Shown here: positions 47,055 through 56,782 of the stretch, piece by piece
Layout: each line of letters starts with the position of its first letter
Position numbering within the stretch: position 1 is the first letter of the stretch
Translations under genes and position numbers: made by a program
The notes under the pieces: generated by a model
What the model was told of the DNA's origin: nothing
Seen by the model: only the letters and a program-made list of their open reading frames with translations
Database searches by the model: none
NCBI GenBank assembly: GCA_045577985.1
Contig: JAZNJJ010000025.1
Coordinates: 42,488-106,487 of the forward strand
Length of the DNA: 64,000 nt
Source of the DNA: Alphaproteobacteria bacterium
GTDB lineage: Bacteria > Pseudomonadota > Alphaproteobacteria > RF32 > CAG-239
Reading direction: 5' to 3'

Positions 47055-47687
47055 TTAATAGAATTTCCATCCTACTTGACCATTATTATTATCTGAACAA
47101 ATGTTAACAGCTACATCTACAGGCATAGGGATAGATACTACAGATCCTTGAGGGCAAGCAATTCCTGTCTGACTATCCCCGTTAATGCCAGAACATCCTA
47201 AATAAGTATTTTCATTATCAGATATACCATGAGCGGCAATGGCAACTAAGCCAGAATATGTATTACTACCCCAATCATGTGTTAATAATTCAATACATGC
47301 TTCTTCTGGTATTTTATTTAGTACAAACATGAAGTCTTTAGCATCACCATCAGTTTTAAGTCCAAATTGTCCGCCTAATACAACAAATTCTCCTCCAAAT
47401 GCATTGGTCATTTTATAGTCAGAATCTGTGTCTATAAATAATTCATCGGGAGCTAAATTAGCTTTTCTTATTACTTTATGGCTTAAACTTGCGTAATTTT
47501 TTTGTCTAGCATAAAGGGTGCGAATATTTTGAGAAAGTTGAGTAACATGATCAATAGTTTTATTAATTTTGAATTTCATCATTGCTTTCGAATAACCGGC
47601 AATTCCGCCTACAGATAATACACCGATAATCGCCAAAACTCCGAGCATTTCAATCATTGATCGGCCTGATTGGTTATTTTTATTCAT
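47055..47687 (-). CDS. type IV pilin-like protein (copy 2)
   Basis: SG|RSMIEMLGVLAIIGVLSVGGIAGY, MTNAFGG, EEACIEL, PMPVDVAV; AAGGAG RBS. Confidence 0.88.
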   Translation of the reverse strand: MNKNNQSGRSMIEMLGVLAIIGVLSVGGIAGYSKAMMKFKINKTIDHVTQLSQNIRTLYARQKNYASLSHKVIRKANLAPDELFIDTDSDYKMTNAFGGEFVVLGGQFGLKTDGDAKDFMFVLNKIPEEACIELLTHDWGSNTYSGLVAIAAHGISDNENTYLGCSGINGDSQTGIACPQGSVVSIPMPVDVAVNICSDNNNGQVGWKFY

Positions 47688-47701
47688 TATAAACTCCTTT
47701 C

Positions 47702-47739
47702 AAATGTCCGAAAAAAAGGATCCTTTTTTTCGGACATTT
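47702..47739. repeat. perfect 38-bp palindrome, pilin-2 proximal copy
   Basis: AAATGTCCGAAAAAAAGGATCCTTTTTTTCGGACATTT. Confidence 0.95.
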
Positions 47740-47760
47740 TTGGGAGGATAAATATTTTTT

Positions 47761-47773
47761 TAAGATATTGAAT
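47761..47773 (-). promoter_or_regulatory. IHF-like site between palindromes
   Basis: Minus strand ATTCAATATCTTA vs WATCAANNNNTTR (1 mismatch), same offset as in locus 1. Confidence 0.5.
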
Positions 47774-47810
47774 TTATGATAAAGGGTGAAAGAGAAAAAT
47801 AGTGAATTTG

Positions 47811-47842
47811 TGTCCGAAAAAAGGGATCCCTTTTTTCGGACA
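47811..47842. repeat. perfect 32-bp palindrome, pilin-2 distal copy
   Basis: TGTCCGAAAAAAGGGATCCCTTTTTTCGGACA. Confidence 0.95.
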
Positions 47843-47921
47843 TTTTAAATTTATTTGTTAACTAATCAGTCATAAATATGTTGTATATATAAAATGTATT
47901 TATCTGTAAGGAGTTTGGTTA

Positions 47922-48461
47922 ATGAAAAAAAGTTTCTTATTAATGGTTGTTTCTACAATGTTATTATCCTTGCGTGCAAATGCTGGAGAATATTATCCTT
48001 ATGTTGGTGCAGATTATGTAAATTCAACGGTAAATGTTTCTGATAGAATGCCTGATAATTATGATATCGGTAGATTAAGTGCAGGATTGAAGTTTGTAGA
48101 TTTTGGATCTGTGGAGGTTTTCGCAGAACGTTCAACAAAAGAAAAGAAAGAGTATAATTCTAATATATCTCGTGGGCGTTTTTATGGTTTTGGAGCAGAT
48201 GTTTTGTTAAATGTTTATAATCTAACAGATGCTACTATTTTAGGCTCCATAGGATACGGACGAATGTTTTCTAAATTAAAATATAATGGTAGTACAGACA
48301 AGGATATTGCTAATACTATACGTTTAGGAATTGGGGGTGAAATTAATCCTTCTCCGGAATGGGGATTTAGAGCGATGTATCGTTATTCTTTATCAGATGG
48401 AGATGATTATAAGAATGCTAAAGAATTTACGATTGGTGCAAGATATTATTTCTACTATTAA
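47922..48461 (+). CDS. small outer-membrane beta-barrel (OmpA/porin-like)
   Basis: Signal peptide, YPYVG, amphipathic strands, C-terminal IGARYYFY. Confidence 0.8.
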   Translation: MKKSFLLMVVSTMLLSLRANAGEYYPYVGADYVNSTVNVSDRMPDNYDIGRLSAGLKFVDFGSVEVFAERSTKEKKEYNSNISRGRFYGFGADVLLNVYNLTDATILGSIGYGRMFSKLKYNGSTDKDIANTIRLGIGGEINPSPEWGFRAMYRYSLSDGDDYKNAKEFTIGARYYFYY

Positions 48462-48475
48462 AAAAAATCCCCATG

Positions 48476-48946
48476 TTATGTGGGGATTTTTTTTTGGCGT
48501 TTATTTTGAAAAAAATCTTTTAATATTGCAGAACATTCCTCTTGAAGAATACCACCTTCAGTATGCGGTTTGTGATGACAAGTTTGTGAGGTGTAAAATT
48601 TAACTCCATTTTCAATAGCGCCTCCTTTTTCATCGTATGCTCCAAAATATACGTTTCGTATTCTGGCAAAAGATATAGCTGCTGTACACATGGTGCAAGG
48701 CTCTAATGTGACATACATATCTAAATTCCATAAACGGTTTGATTGTAATATTTTACAAGCTTTTTTTATTGCTATGATTTCAGCATGATCTGTAGCATCG
48801 CCAGTATGAGCACTTTGGTTGTATGCAGTTGAAATGATTTCTGCTGTTTGAGGATTAATGATTATTGCACCAACAGGAACTTCGTCTTTTGATGCTGCTT
48901 CTTTAGCTAAATTTAATGCTATATGCATATAATCTTCTTTATTCAT
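48476..48946 (-). CDS. tadA: tRNA adenosine deaminase
   Basis: EVPVGA, HAE, TLEPCTMC. Confidence 0.92.
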   Translation of the reverse strand: MNKEDYMHIALNLAKEAASKDEVPVGAIIINPQTAEIISTAYNQSAHTGDATDHAEIIAIKKACKILQSNRLWNLDMYVTLEPCTMCTAAISFARIRNVYFGAYDEKGGAIENGVKFYTSQTCHHKPHTEGGILQEECSAILKDFFQNKRQKKIPT

Positions 48947-49009
48947 AGTTCACCTTTTTTTCATATTTTGAGGTTATTATATAGATAATTATGTAAAAAG
49001 GAAGAAAAA

Positions 49010-49732
49010 ATGGTTGAAAGAATAGCAAAATTTATTGCAAGAAGTGGTGTATGTTCTCGTAGAGATGCAGAAGAACTTATAAAACAAAAAAGAGTTACTG
49101 TTAATGGTGAAATTGTAGAAAGTCCTGCATTAAATGTTGATGGGTCAGAAAAAATTTTGTTGGATGGTGAAAAACTTCCTCAAATTGAAAAAACAAGATT
49201 ATGGTTGTATCATAAACCTGTAGGATTGTTAACAACACATAAGGATACTGATAATAGAAAAACTGTATTTGATAACTTACCAGCAGGTTTGCCTAGGGTT
49301 ATTAGTGTGGGGAGACTTGATTTGAATTCTGAAGGTTTGTTACTGTTAACAAATAGTGGGGAACTATCTAGAAAATTGGAATTGCCTGAAAATGGTTGGA
49401 GTAGACGTTATAAAGTTAAAGTTCATGGATTTTTTAATAATAAGAAATTAGATGAAGTTCGTAAGGGTGCTACTATTGATGGCATCAATTATGGACCTGT
49501 AAAAATAGATGTTGAAAGTCAAAAGGGTTCAAATTCGTGGTTAATGATTACCTTAAATGAAGGAAAAAATAGAGAAATTAGAAATTTGATGAAATCTATT
49601 GGTTTGGAAGTGGCTCGTTTAATACGGTTATCTTATGGACCTTTTCAGTTAGGTAGCTTAAAAAAAGGTGAAGTAAAAGAAGTACCACAAAAAGTTTTGA
49701 GAGAACAATTAGGAAATAAAATAGAATTATGA
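49010..49732 (+). CDS. rluB: rRNA pseudouridine synthase (RluB/RsuA family)
   Basis: S4 domain, VGRLDLNSEGLLLLT, EGKNREIR. Confidence 0.85.
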   Translation: MVERIAKFIARSGVCSRRDAEELIKQKRVTVNGEIVESPALNVDGSEKILLDGEKLPQIEKTRLWLYHKPVGLLTTHKDTDNRKTVFDNLPAGLPRVISVGRLDLNSEGLLLLTNSGELSRKLELPENGWSRRYKVKVHGFFNNKKLDEVRKGATIDGINYGPVKIDVESQKGSNSWLMITLNEGKNREIRNLMKSIGLEVARLIRLSYGPFQLGSLKKGEVKEVPQKVLREQLGNKIEL

Positions 49733-50274
49733 GAATCGTAGGTGGAAAATATAGAGGGAAAAAATTATGGGCGCCAGAAGGAGAAAATGTTCGTCCAACC
49801 TCAGAACGTACAAGAGAAGCTATATTTAATATACTGTATTCTCGGTTAGGCGGAAATTATTCTTCGTTTGATTTGGTTGATATATATTCCGGAACCGGAG
49901 CTTTTGGATTGGAAGCTTTATCTAGAGGGTTTAATAGTGTAACATTTATTGATTTGGATACGCTTTTAGTATCACGAAATGCTAAAATGTTTTTAAAAGA
50001 ACAAGAGAAAATTTCTATTTTAAAGGCAGATGCTACTAATTTACCTTATAGTCGAAAATGTTTTGATATAGTATTCATGGATGCCCCTTATGCCAAGGGC
50101 TTAACAGAAAAAACTTTGAAACAATTGATGGAGAAAAACTGGGTTAAAGAGAATACATTATTTATAGTTGAAGTTAAAAATAATGAAAAAATATTAATCC
50201 CTGAAAATTTAGAAGTTGTTGATGAAAGAATATATGGTATGGCAAAAGTTTTATTTATTTTTAAAGAAAAATAG
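49729..50274 (+). CDS. rsmD: 16S rRNA m2G966 methyltransferase
   Basis: MRIVGG..RG, RPT....RE..FN, G.EALSRG, D.PY. Confidence 0.93.
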   Translation: MRIVGGKYRGKKLWAPEGENVRPTSERTREAIFNILYSRLGGNYSSFDLVDIYSGTGAFGLEALSRGFNSVTFIDLDTLLVSRNAKMFLKEQEKISILKADATNLPYSRKCFDIVFMDAPYAKGLTEKTLKQLMEKNWVKENTLFIVEVKNNEKILIPENLEVVDERIYGMAKVLFIFKEK

Positions 50275-50352
50275 TTTTTTGTCAAATTAATGTTGAATTT
50301 TTATTAACTCTATGGTAAAATTAGTTAGATTTGGCGCTTAAGGAGTTATATT

Positions 50353-52554
50353 ATGTCTAGATCTTTTTTAGAAAATACAGAAATTCCGCAACTAAAAGGA
50401 AGCTTCTCTGTTATGGCTTTGCAGTTGAAGTATGCAACAGATAAAAAAAGACTAGGGGAGGAGTTGGATGGAAGTATCAAGCGAAAAAGTGATTTAAGAG
50501 GAGTTTATGCAGATTCTTTGCTTCAGAAAGATGAGATGTTTGATTTTTCAGAAGTAGAAATCTTTTCTGAACGCGATAATATAAATAAAGAAAAACGTAA
50601 AGTTAAATCAAAAATCGAGCAAATGAATTTTGAGAAAGATTTGTTAGATAGATATGGTGATGAATTTGCTCATTTATATCAAATAAAAAGTAATAATGAT
50701 AAATATGGAGATACTGCAGAGTTATCTTTTAGAGAAATAGAAATGTCTTCTGTAGGAATTCTTACTCAAGAGCAGTATTTTGAAATGACAGCGAATGAAA
50801 CTGAAAATTTGAGAAAGTTATCATTGCATGTAAAGTTGAAAGATGGTGAAGAGTTTGATTTGTTAATGTCTCCATATGATAGACCAGGAGTTGCTGATAA
50901 GAGTTTGAAGATGCAATTATCATTAGACGATAATGATTTGGCATCTATAAATTCTGAAAGATTTGCTCGAATAATGGAGTTCTGTGAAACTCATGGATTT
51001 TCAACATTTAATATGGACGTTCCTTATTCTTTTGATGGTTCTTTAGATATTAATGAGAAATTAAGAGTTCTATTAAACGAAATTAAAGAACGAGATAAAA
51101 AATTAGCTTCTGAAAAAATAAAACGGGAAATTGAAATTAATAAACAGCAAGCAGAAATTTTGTCTCGAGAAGTTGGAACCGCTGATATTGGTGGTGTGTC
51201 TAGAGATTTGCCTAATGAACAAGAAATTATTCATGAAGAGCATAGTGTGAATTCTGTTGGAAATAATAGAAAACCTAAAAAGACAATAAAAGATGCCGAA
51301 AAAGGTTTTGAAGATTTTATTGAAAAGGGGTTAGGTAAGGCTAAAGGATTGTCTTATTTTAAAGAACATACAGGTATTTTAGGAAGTGGTTGGACTGAAT
51401 ATATTATTTATAATAAAGAAGATGCAGAGAATAGAAAAAAAGATGCAAAAAGAGATAAGAATGGTGAAGTTAAATATACTTATGCATTTAAATTGTTTAT
51501 GAAACAAGAAAAGGACGGACGCTTTAGATTTGCTTATCGTACTCCAGATAATAAAAAAATTGATGATGCTATTGTTAATGGTATGGTGGGACAATTTAAG
51601 TCATTGGGTATTACTCATGTTCGATTTCCATCAGGTTTGTTAGATGCGGAGAAAAAACTATGGCGTACAGCTTTAGCTGAGAATGGTATAGTTCCTGTTG
51701 GAATGGGTTTAGATAAAGCTAAAGCAGAAGGAATGTTAAAAGCAGCAAAAGAAAAATTGAGCGTAGAGGGACTTGCTAAGTATAAATATAAGTTAGCATT
51801 GCAGATGGAGAAAGATAATGCGGCTAAGGGTAAGAAATTAGATGTTTCAGAACAAGAATTTATTGATGGTCTGAAAAATTCACATTATTATCGTGCATTT
51901 ACTAATGCGTATGGAAATAGATTAAAAGGAATGTTGCGTAATAAATTGGATGATGCTGATGTTAATCATGATAATGGTGCTGTAGATAAAGTTGCAGCAT
52001 ATAAGGCTATGCGTAGATTATTTGATGCATTCCATGAAACAGTTCATAATGGTAGTATTTTGAATAGTTCAGTTTTTTCTGATGCTGAAAGATGTGAACT
52101 TAGTGCAATGGGATTGACTTGTGATGCGAGAGATTTATCTGAAGAACAGATGGTCGGTTTATATGAAGTTATGTGTAAACATGATAAAGTCATGGCTAAA
52201 AGAGAATTAGACGATGCTTTATTAAGTGCTCGTGATACAAAAGATCGTCAGGCATTAGGACCAAAACGTGCCGATAATATAATTATAAAAGAAGTATTTG
52301 ATGGTGCTCGCAGTCGTTTTGAAAAAATTAATGAAATGCTTAAACCTTTAGGTGTAGATGAAATTGATTTTCCAAAATCTTTCGGTCGCTTGCATTATGA
52401 TGATTTTTATAAAGAACATCCAGAATTCTTCAGACGAACCGCTGCAGGAAAAACTCAACAACAGCCAAAAAATTCTGTAAACAGTGATATTATACATTCA
52501 GATAATGTTTCAAGGGTTATGAATAAAGTCAAGAATAGTGGAAATATTCATTAA
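50353..52554 (+). CDS. large charged hypothetical protein
   Basis: 733-aa ORF, AAGGAG RBS, downstream hairpin; no motif recognised. Confidence 0.8.
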   Translation: MSRSFLENTEIPQLKGSFSVMALQLKYATDKKRLGEELDGSIKRKSDLRGVYADSLLQKDEMFDFSEVEIFSERDNINKEKRKVKSKIEQMNFEKDLLDRYGDEFAHLYQIKSNNDKYGDTAELSFREIEMSSVGILTQEQYFEMTANETENLRKLSLHVKLKDGEEFDLLMSPYDRPGVADKSLKMQLSLDDNDLASINSERFARIMEFCETHGFSTFNMDVPYSFDGSLDINEKLRVLLNEIKERDKKLASEKIKREIEINKQQAEILSREVGTADIGGVSRDLPNEQEIIHEEHSVNSVGNNRKPKKTIKDAEKGFEDFIEKGLGKAKGLSYFKEHTGILGSGWTEYIIYNKEDAENRKKDAKRDKNGEVKYTYAFKLFMKQEKDGRFRFAYRTPDNKKIDDAIVNGMVGQFKSLGITHVRFPSGLLDAEKKLWRTALAENGIVPVGMGLDKAKAEGMLKAAKEKLSVEGLAKYKYKLALQMEKDNAAKGKKLDVSEQEFIDGLKNSHYYRAFTNAYGNRLKGMLRNKLDDADVNHDNGAVDKVAAYKAMRRLFDAFHETVHNGSILNSSVFSDAERCELSAMGLTCDARDLSEEQMVGLYEVMCKHDKVMAKRELDDALLSARDTKDRQALGPKRADNIIIKEVFDGARSRFEKINEMLKPLGVDEIDFPKSFGRLHYDDFYKEHPEFFRRTAAGKTQQQPKNSVNSDIIHSDNVSRVMNKVKNSGNIH

Positions 52555-52612
52555 TAATAAAAATCCATAAATGAATTATCTAATTTCTAGGTATTGTTCA
52601 CTTATGGATTTT

Positions 52613-53686
52613 TTATGAAGAAGTTTCAATAATTCCACCGCCAAGTACAACATTATTTTGATAAAAAACAATAGATTGTCCCGGTGCTATTGCTTTTTGT
52701 TTATTATAAAATAACACTTCAACTTTGTCATCTAACGGTTTGATTTTTACTGGAGTAGGTTGTTGAGATGATCTTATTTTTGCTTCGCATTCTATTGTAG
52801 TTGTTAAATTAGGTATAGATGACCAGCATAGATTGGATGCAATAAGTTTAGATCTTTCGCATTCTTCTTCGAAACCAACAATTACTTCATTTTTTTCTTT
52901 GTTTAATCCGATTACATATAGTGGTCTTTCAGCAGAAATACCCATTCCTCTGCGTTGACCGATGGTATAATTCCAAATACCTTTATGTTGGCCTAATATT
53001 TTTCCTGAACTTGTAACGAAATTACCTATTAATGGTTCATTTTGTAAAATATCATTAATATCGCCTGAATAAAAATCTTGACTATCGGGTTTATTTGATA
53101 CTTCTATGTCAAATTTTTCAGCAAGTTCTCTAACATGTTTTTTGGTTAAACTACCTAGAGGCATTAAAATATTTGATAATTGTTTTTGGTTAAGACGATA
53201 TAAAAAATAAGACTGATCTTTTATATTATCTATCCCTTTTTTTATTTCATATCTGCTACTTTGTTCATTGAATATTATTTGTGCGTAATGTCCTGTTGCA
53301 AATTTTTCAAAATTTATACCTTTTTTTAGAGCTTCTTCAGGTAAGGCATTGAATTTTATGTGAGAATTACACATGATACAAGGGTTCGGAGTGCGGCCAG
53401 CTTTATACTCATCCTTAAAGTTTTTTAAAACCATTTGTTTATATATATTTGAGCAATCTAAAACATGGTATGGAATATCTAGTTTTTGGCATAAAGTTCT
53501 GGCATATTCAATATCTTGTTCTTCGTGAGATGAAAAGCAAGAATCGGCACTGGTGTTGCTGCGAAAATTTATGTTTTTATCCCAGATTGACATTGTTGCA
53601 CCAATCACTTCGTGACCTTCTTGTTTGAGTAAACAAGCTACTACAGAAGAATCTACACCACCACTCATGCCAACTAAAATTTTCAT
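52613..53686 (-). CDS. mnmA: tRNA 2-thiouridylase
   Basis: MSGGVDSS, TPNPCIMCN, ATGHYA, KDQSYFL, YTIGQRRG, APGQ. Confidence 0.97.
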   Translation of the reverse strand: MKILVGMSGGVDSSVVACLLKQEGHEVIGATMSIWDKNINFRSNTSADSCFSSHEEQDIEYARTLCQKLDIPYHVLDCSNIYKQMVLKNFKDEYKAGRTPNPCIMCNSHIKFNALPEEALKKGINFEKFATGHYAQIIFNEQSSRYEIKKGIDNIKDQSYFLYRLNQKQLSNILMPLGSLTKKHVRELAEKFDIEVSNKPDSQDFYSGDINDILQNEPLIGNFVTSSGKILGQHKGIWNYTIGQRRGMGISAERPLYVIGLNKEKNEVIVGFEEECERSKLIASNLCWSSIPNLTTTIECEAKIRSSQQPTPVKIKPLDDKVEVLFYNKQKAIAPGQSIVFYQNNVVLGGGIIETSS

Positions 53687-53766
53687 TTTTTCCTCTATAA
53701 TTCTCTATCTATAGAAAGAACTCCGAAACGATGTTCGAAGTTCTTTTTTTGCTTTAATATATATGT

Positions 53767-54237
53767 TTAGAATGGAATATCGTCATCTAAGTCACTAGGA
53801 ACAGTTGCTGTACTATTGTCCCAACCGGAAGACTGAGTTGAAAATACGTCATTTCCTCCATCCGGTACTAACCCTGCATCAGAACCTTTGCTATCGAGCA
53901 TAACTAATACACCAGAAAAGTTTTGTAAAACAATTTCAGTTGTATAGCGATCTGCACCGGTATTATCCTTCCACGTACGAGTTTGAAGTTGGCCTTCCAA
54001 ATATACTTTTGATCCTTTTCTTAGATATCTTTCAGCTGTATCCGCTAATTGAGAATTAAATATAACAACTCGATGCCATTCTGTTCTTTCTTTACGTTCT
54101 CCGGTTGTTTTATCCTTCCACGAATCAGACGTAGCTACACGTAAATTTACAATCTTAGCTCCTGTTTGTGTATTACTTACGGTTGGGTCTGCTCCAAGGT
54201 TTCCAACTAAAATTACTTTATTTATACTTCCTACCAT
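53767..54237 (-). CDS. ssb: single-stranded DNA-binding protein
   Basis: NKVILVGNLG.DP, TEWHRV, DDDIPF tail. Confidence 0.97.
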   Translation of the reverse strand: MVGSINKVILVGNLGADPTVSNTQTGAKIVNLRVATSDSWKDKTTGERKERTEWHRVVIFNSQLADTAERYLRKGSKVYLEGQLQTRTWKDNTGADRYTTEIVLQNFSGVLVMLDSKGSDAGLVPDGGNDVFSTQSSGWDNSTATVPSDLDDDIPF

Positions 54238-54322
54238 AATTTTTTCCTTAAATTAGTTAAACTTTTTTGAGTTTATATCTTTTTATTTTAAGAGCAACAC
54301 TAAAAATCGTTATTTCACATTT

Positions 54323-56512
54323 TTATGCAGCCACTTTATCATTAGCAGTAAATAATTCAGCCATAACCTCTTTCTTTAATGTTACATTATCAGATTTACC
54401 TGTTGCAAATACAGGCAATTTTTCGTGATATAGAATTATTCTTGGCATAAATAATTCTGGAAGTCCATTGGCTTTGATATATTCGTGAATTAAAGAAGAT
54501 GTTACATCATTATTATTTGTTACGAGAACGATTTGTTCGCCTTTACTTTCGTGTGGAACAGCAACAACACCATATGAAAAATCAGGTCCCATATGATTGG
54601 TTGCTTCAACAATCATATCATGCACAGCATTGAGGGAAACCATTTCTCCACCAATCTTGGCAAATCTTTTTATACGATCTTTAATTGTGAAGAAACCGAT
54701 TTCATCTATTTCTACAACGTCTCCTGTATGATACCATCCATCTGTTGGTGGCACTAATACACCAGGGTTATCTGGCATGAAGTATCCTAGCATGACGTTT
54801 GGTCCTTGTACACATAATTCTCCGCCAGATGCTATACCATCAACATTTTCAATTTTATATTTCATTCCAGGTAATAGTTTACCAATTGATCCAAATTTAT
54901 TGAAAATACCGTTGTTTGCGGTCATCACAGGAGAACATTCAGTTGAACCATATGCTTCCATCATACGAATACCACAATGTTCCATCCACATACTTCTAGT
55001 ATCAGCTTTAGCAGCTTCTCCTCCGGAATACATTAATCTGATATTGTGGAAATCGTAAGGGTGAGCAATTTTTGCATAACCGCGCAAGAATGTGTCTGTA
55101 CCAATGATTAATGTTGCTCCTAATTCATAAACGAGTTCTGCTACAATGCGATAGTGCAGAGGAGATGGATATAAAAATAATTTAGAGCCTTCAAATAATG
55201 GGAATAATGTTCCAACAGTTAAACCGAAACTATGAAACATCGGTAATGCATTAAATAATAAATCTCGATGATTGATAGTTTGTATAGAAGATAATTGTTT
55301 TATGTTAGCAATAATGTTTGCATGACTTAAAACTACTGCTTTAGGAGCTCCTTCAGATCCGGAAGTGAATAAAATTATCGCTTTTTTATTTCCTCCTATA
55401 TAATGAGGTACTCTTTTTACTTTATAGCTCAATAATGCATTTAATTTAGTCCATATGGACATTTTTTTAGCAATATCTTCAAGGTAAACAACGTTATATC
55501 CCGATGATTTTATATCTTCAACGACGTTTTCCATTTTTGCCTTTAATATGAAAGATCTGGAGGTTATAACAGTTTTAACCATTGCTGTTTTACACATAGA
55601 TATCATATTTTTGGAACCAACAGAAAAGTTTATCATCACAGGTGTTCGTTCAAACGCAGATAAACCAAATAAAGAGCATACAGTTGCTATAGCATTAGGT
55701 AATAGTAAACCAACATTTTCATCTTTTTTAGTAAACTTTTTGAAACTTCTACCTAAAGCAAATGTCGCGATAATCAAGTCTTTGTAAGATTTTTGTTTAC
55801 GATTAATGTCTTCAATTATTCTAGGTCTTTTAGAGAAGAAACCTGTACGAGAGTATATTTTTGCTGTTTTCATTAATTGAGCAAATAATGAAATGTTTTT
55901 ATCATAATTAATATCAAAACACATTTCTCTGAGAATCATATATACTTCGTTGCTAATATGATCACGTTGACGACGTAGTTCATCTTTTAGTTTGAAGCTG
56001 CGTGGTTTACCAACGTAGATATGCATTTTAGGTAACGGACGATGCGGTAAATTACCTTTTGTTTTGGAAAAATAACCATATTGAGGTCCGTCTATCCAGA
56101 CAGGAATAATTGGAGCACCTGATTTATCTGCAACCAAACCAGGAGCTTCATATATCTTCATCAAACCGCCATTCTCGGTTATTCTTCCTTCGGCAAATAT
56201 AACAACAAGACGGCCTTCATCCACTTTAGCTATTAGTTTTTTGATATCTGAAGGTTCAATAGGATTGAAATGAACTATATCTGCTTTTTTCATTAAACCA
56301 TTAATCCAATGGCGACGATATAAATGACCATTTAATGCAAATACAGGATTACCTGGTAAAAAAGCAAACAATAGAATTGGATCTAAGTAAGATACATGAT
56401 TTACAACATATACACCTTTTTTAGGTAATTCATGAATATCAAAATCAAATAAACATTTAGTTTTCATCAGTTTTAAGATTGCTCTTAAACAAAATTTTAT
56501 AAACTCTCTCAC
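54323..56512 (-). CDS. aas: Aas-like acyltransferase/acyl-ACP synthetase
   Basis: NHVSYLD and FAEGR acyltransferase motifs plus LFTSGSEGAPK, YGSTE, YHTGD AMP-binding motifs. Confidence 0.85.
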   Translation of the reverse strand: MREFIKFCLRAILKLMKTKCLFDFDIHELPKKGVYVVNHVSYLDPILLFAFLPGNPVFALNGHLYRRHWINGLMKKADIVHFNPIEPSDIKKLIAKVDEGRLVVIFAEGRITENGGLMKIYEAPGLVADKSGAPIIPVWIDGPQYGYFSKTKGNLPHRPLPKMHIYVGKPRSFKLKDELRRQRDHISNEVYMILREMCFDINYDKNISLFAQLMKTAKIYSRTGFFSKRPRIIEDINRKQKSYKDLIIATFALGRSFKKFTKKDENVGLLLPNAIATVCSLFGLSAFERTPVMINFSVGSKNMISMCKTAMVKTVITSRSFILKAKMENVVEDIKSSGYNVVYLEDIAKKMSIWTKLNALLSYKVKRVPHYIGGNKKAIILFTSGSEGAPKAVVLSHANIIANIKQLSSIQTINHRDLLFNALPMFHSFGLTVGTLFPLFEGSKLFLYPSPLHYRIVAELVYELGATLIIGTDTFLRGYAKIAHPYDFHNIRLMYSGGEAAKADTRSMWMEHCGIRMMEAYGSTECSPVMTANNGIFNKFGSIGKLLPGMKYKIENVDGIASGGELCVQGPNVMLGYFMPDNPGVLVPPTDGWYHTGDVVEIDEIGFFTIKDRIKRFAKIGGEMVSLNAVHDMIVEATNHMGPDFSYGVVAVPHESKGEQIVLVTNNNDVTSSLIHEYIKANGLPELFMPRIILYHEKLPVFATGKSDNVTLKKEVMAELFTANDKVAA

Positions 56513-56530
56513 AAGTCTAACCTTTCTGTT

Positions 56531-56546
56531 GTTAACGAATTGTTAA
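56531..56546 (-). promoter_or_regulatory. CtrA-box-like motif
   Basis: Minus strand TTAA-CAATTCG-TTAAC just upstream of the aas RBS. Confidence 0.35.
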
Positions 56547-56782
56547 TATAATTACATCATGTAATTTGTTTTGTAAAGAAAAAATAATAAGCTATACAAT
56601 AGATATTGCTGTAATGCTAACTGTTTGATTTTTATCTGTTTTTTTTATTTTATCCCCATGTTGACGTCAAAAACTTGCCAAAATTGATATAGTAGTATAT
56701 GTTGCGAGACATGTAACGCGAAGTATTGTTTTAGATGAAGAGTATTACGGGTTACTATGGTTTAACTATAAAAAGGTTTACA

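Noticed and set aside
47702-47846. Palindromes as ordinary terminators or a MITE
   Set aside because: They lie upstream of genes (here between divergent genes), abut the RBS and recur with conserved sequence and spacing, unlike the sequence-unique terminators elsewhere. No target-site duplication is visible. An attenuator role is not excluded because some arms are followed by U-tracts
56625-56638. FNR-like box TTGAT-TTTT-ATCTG (and a weaker one upstream of nifJ)
   Set aside because: Two or more mismatches in very AT-rich DNA; not distinguishable from chance
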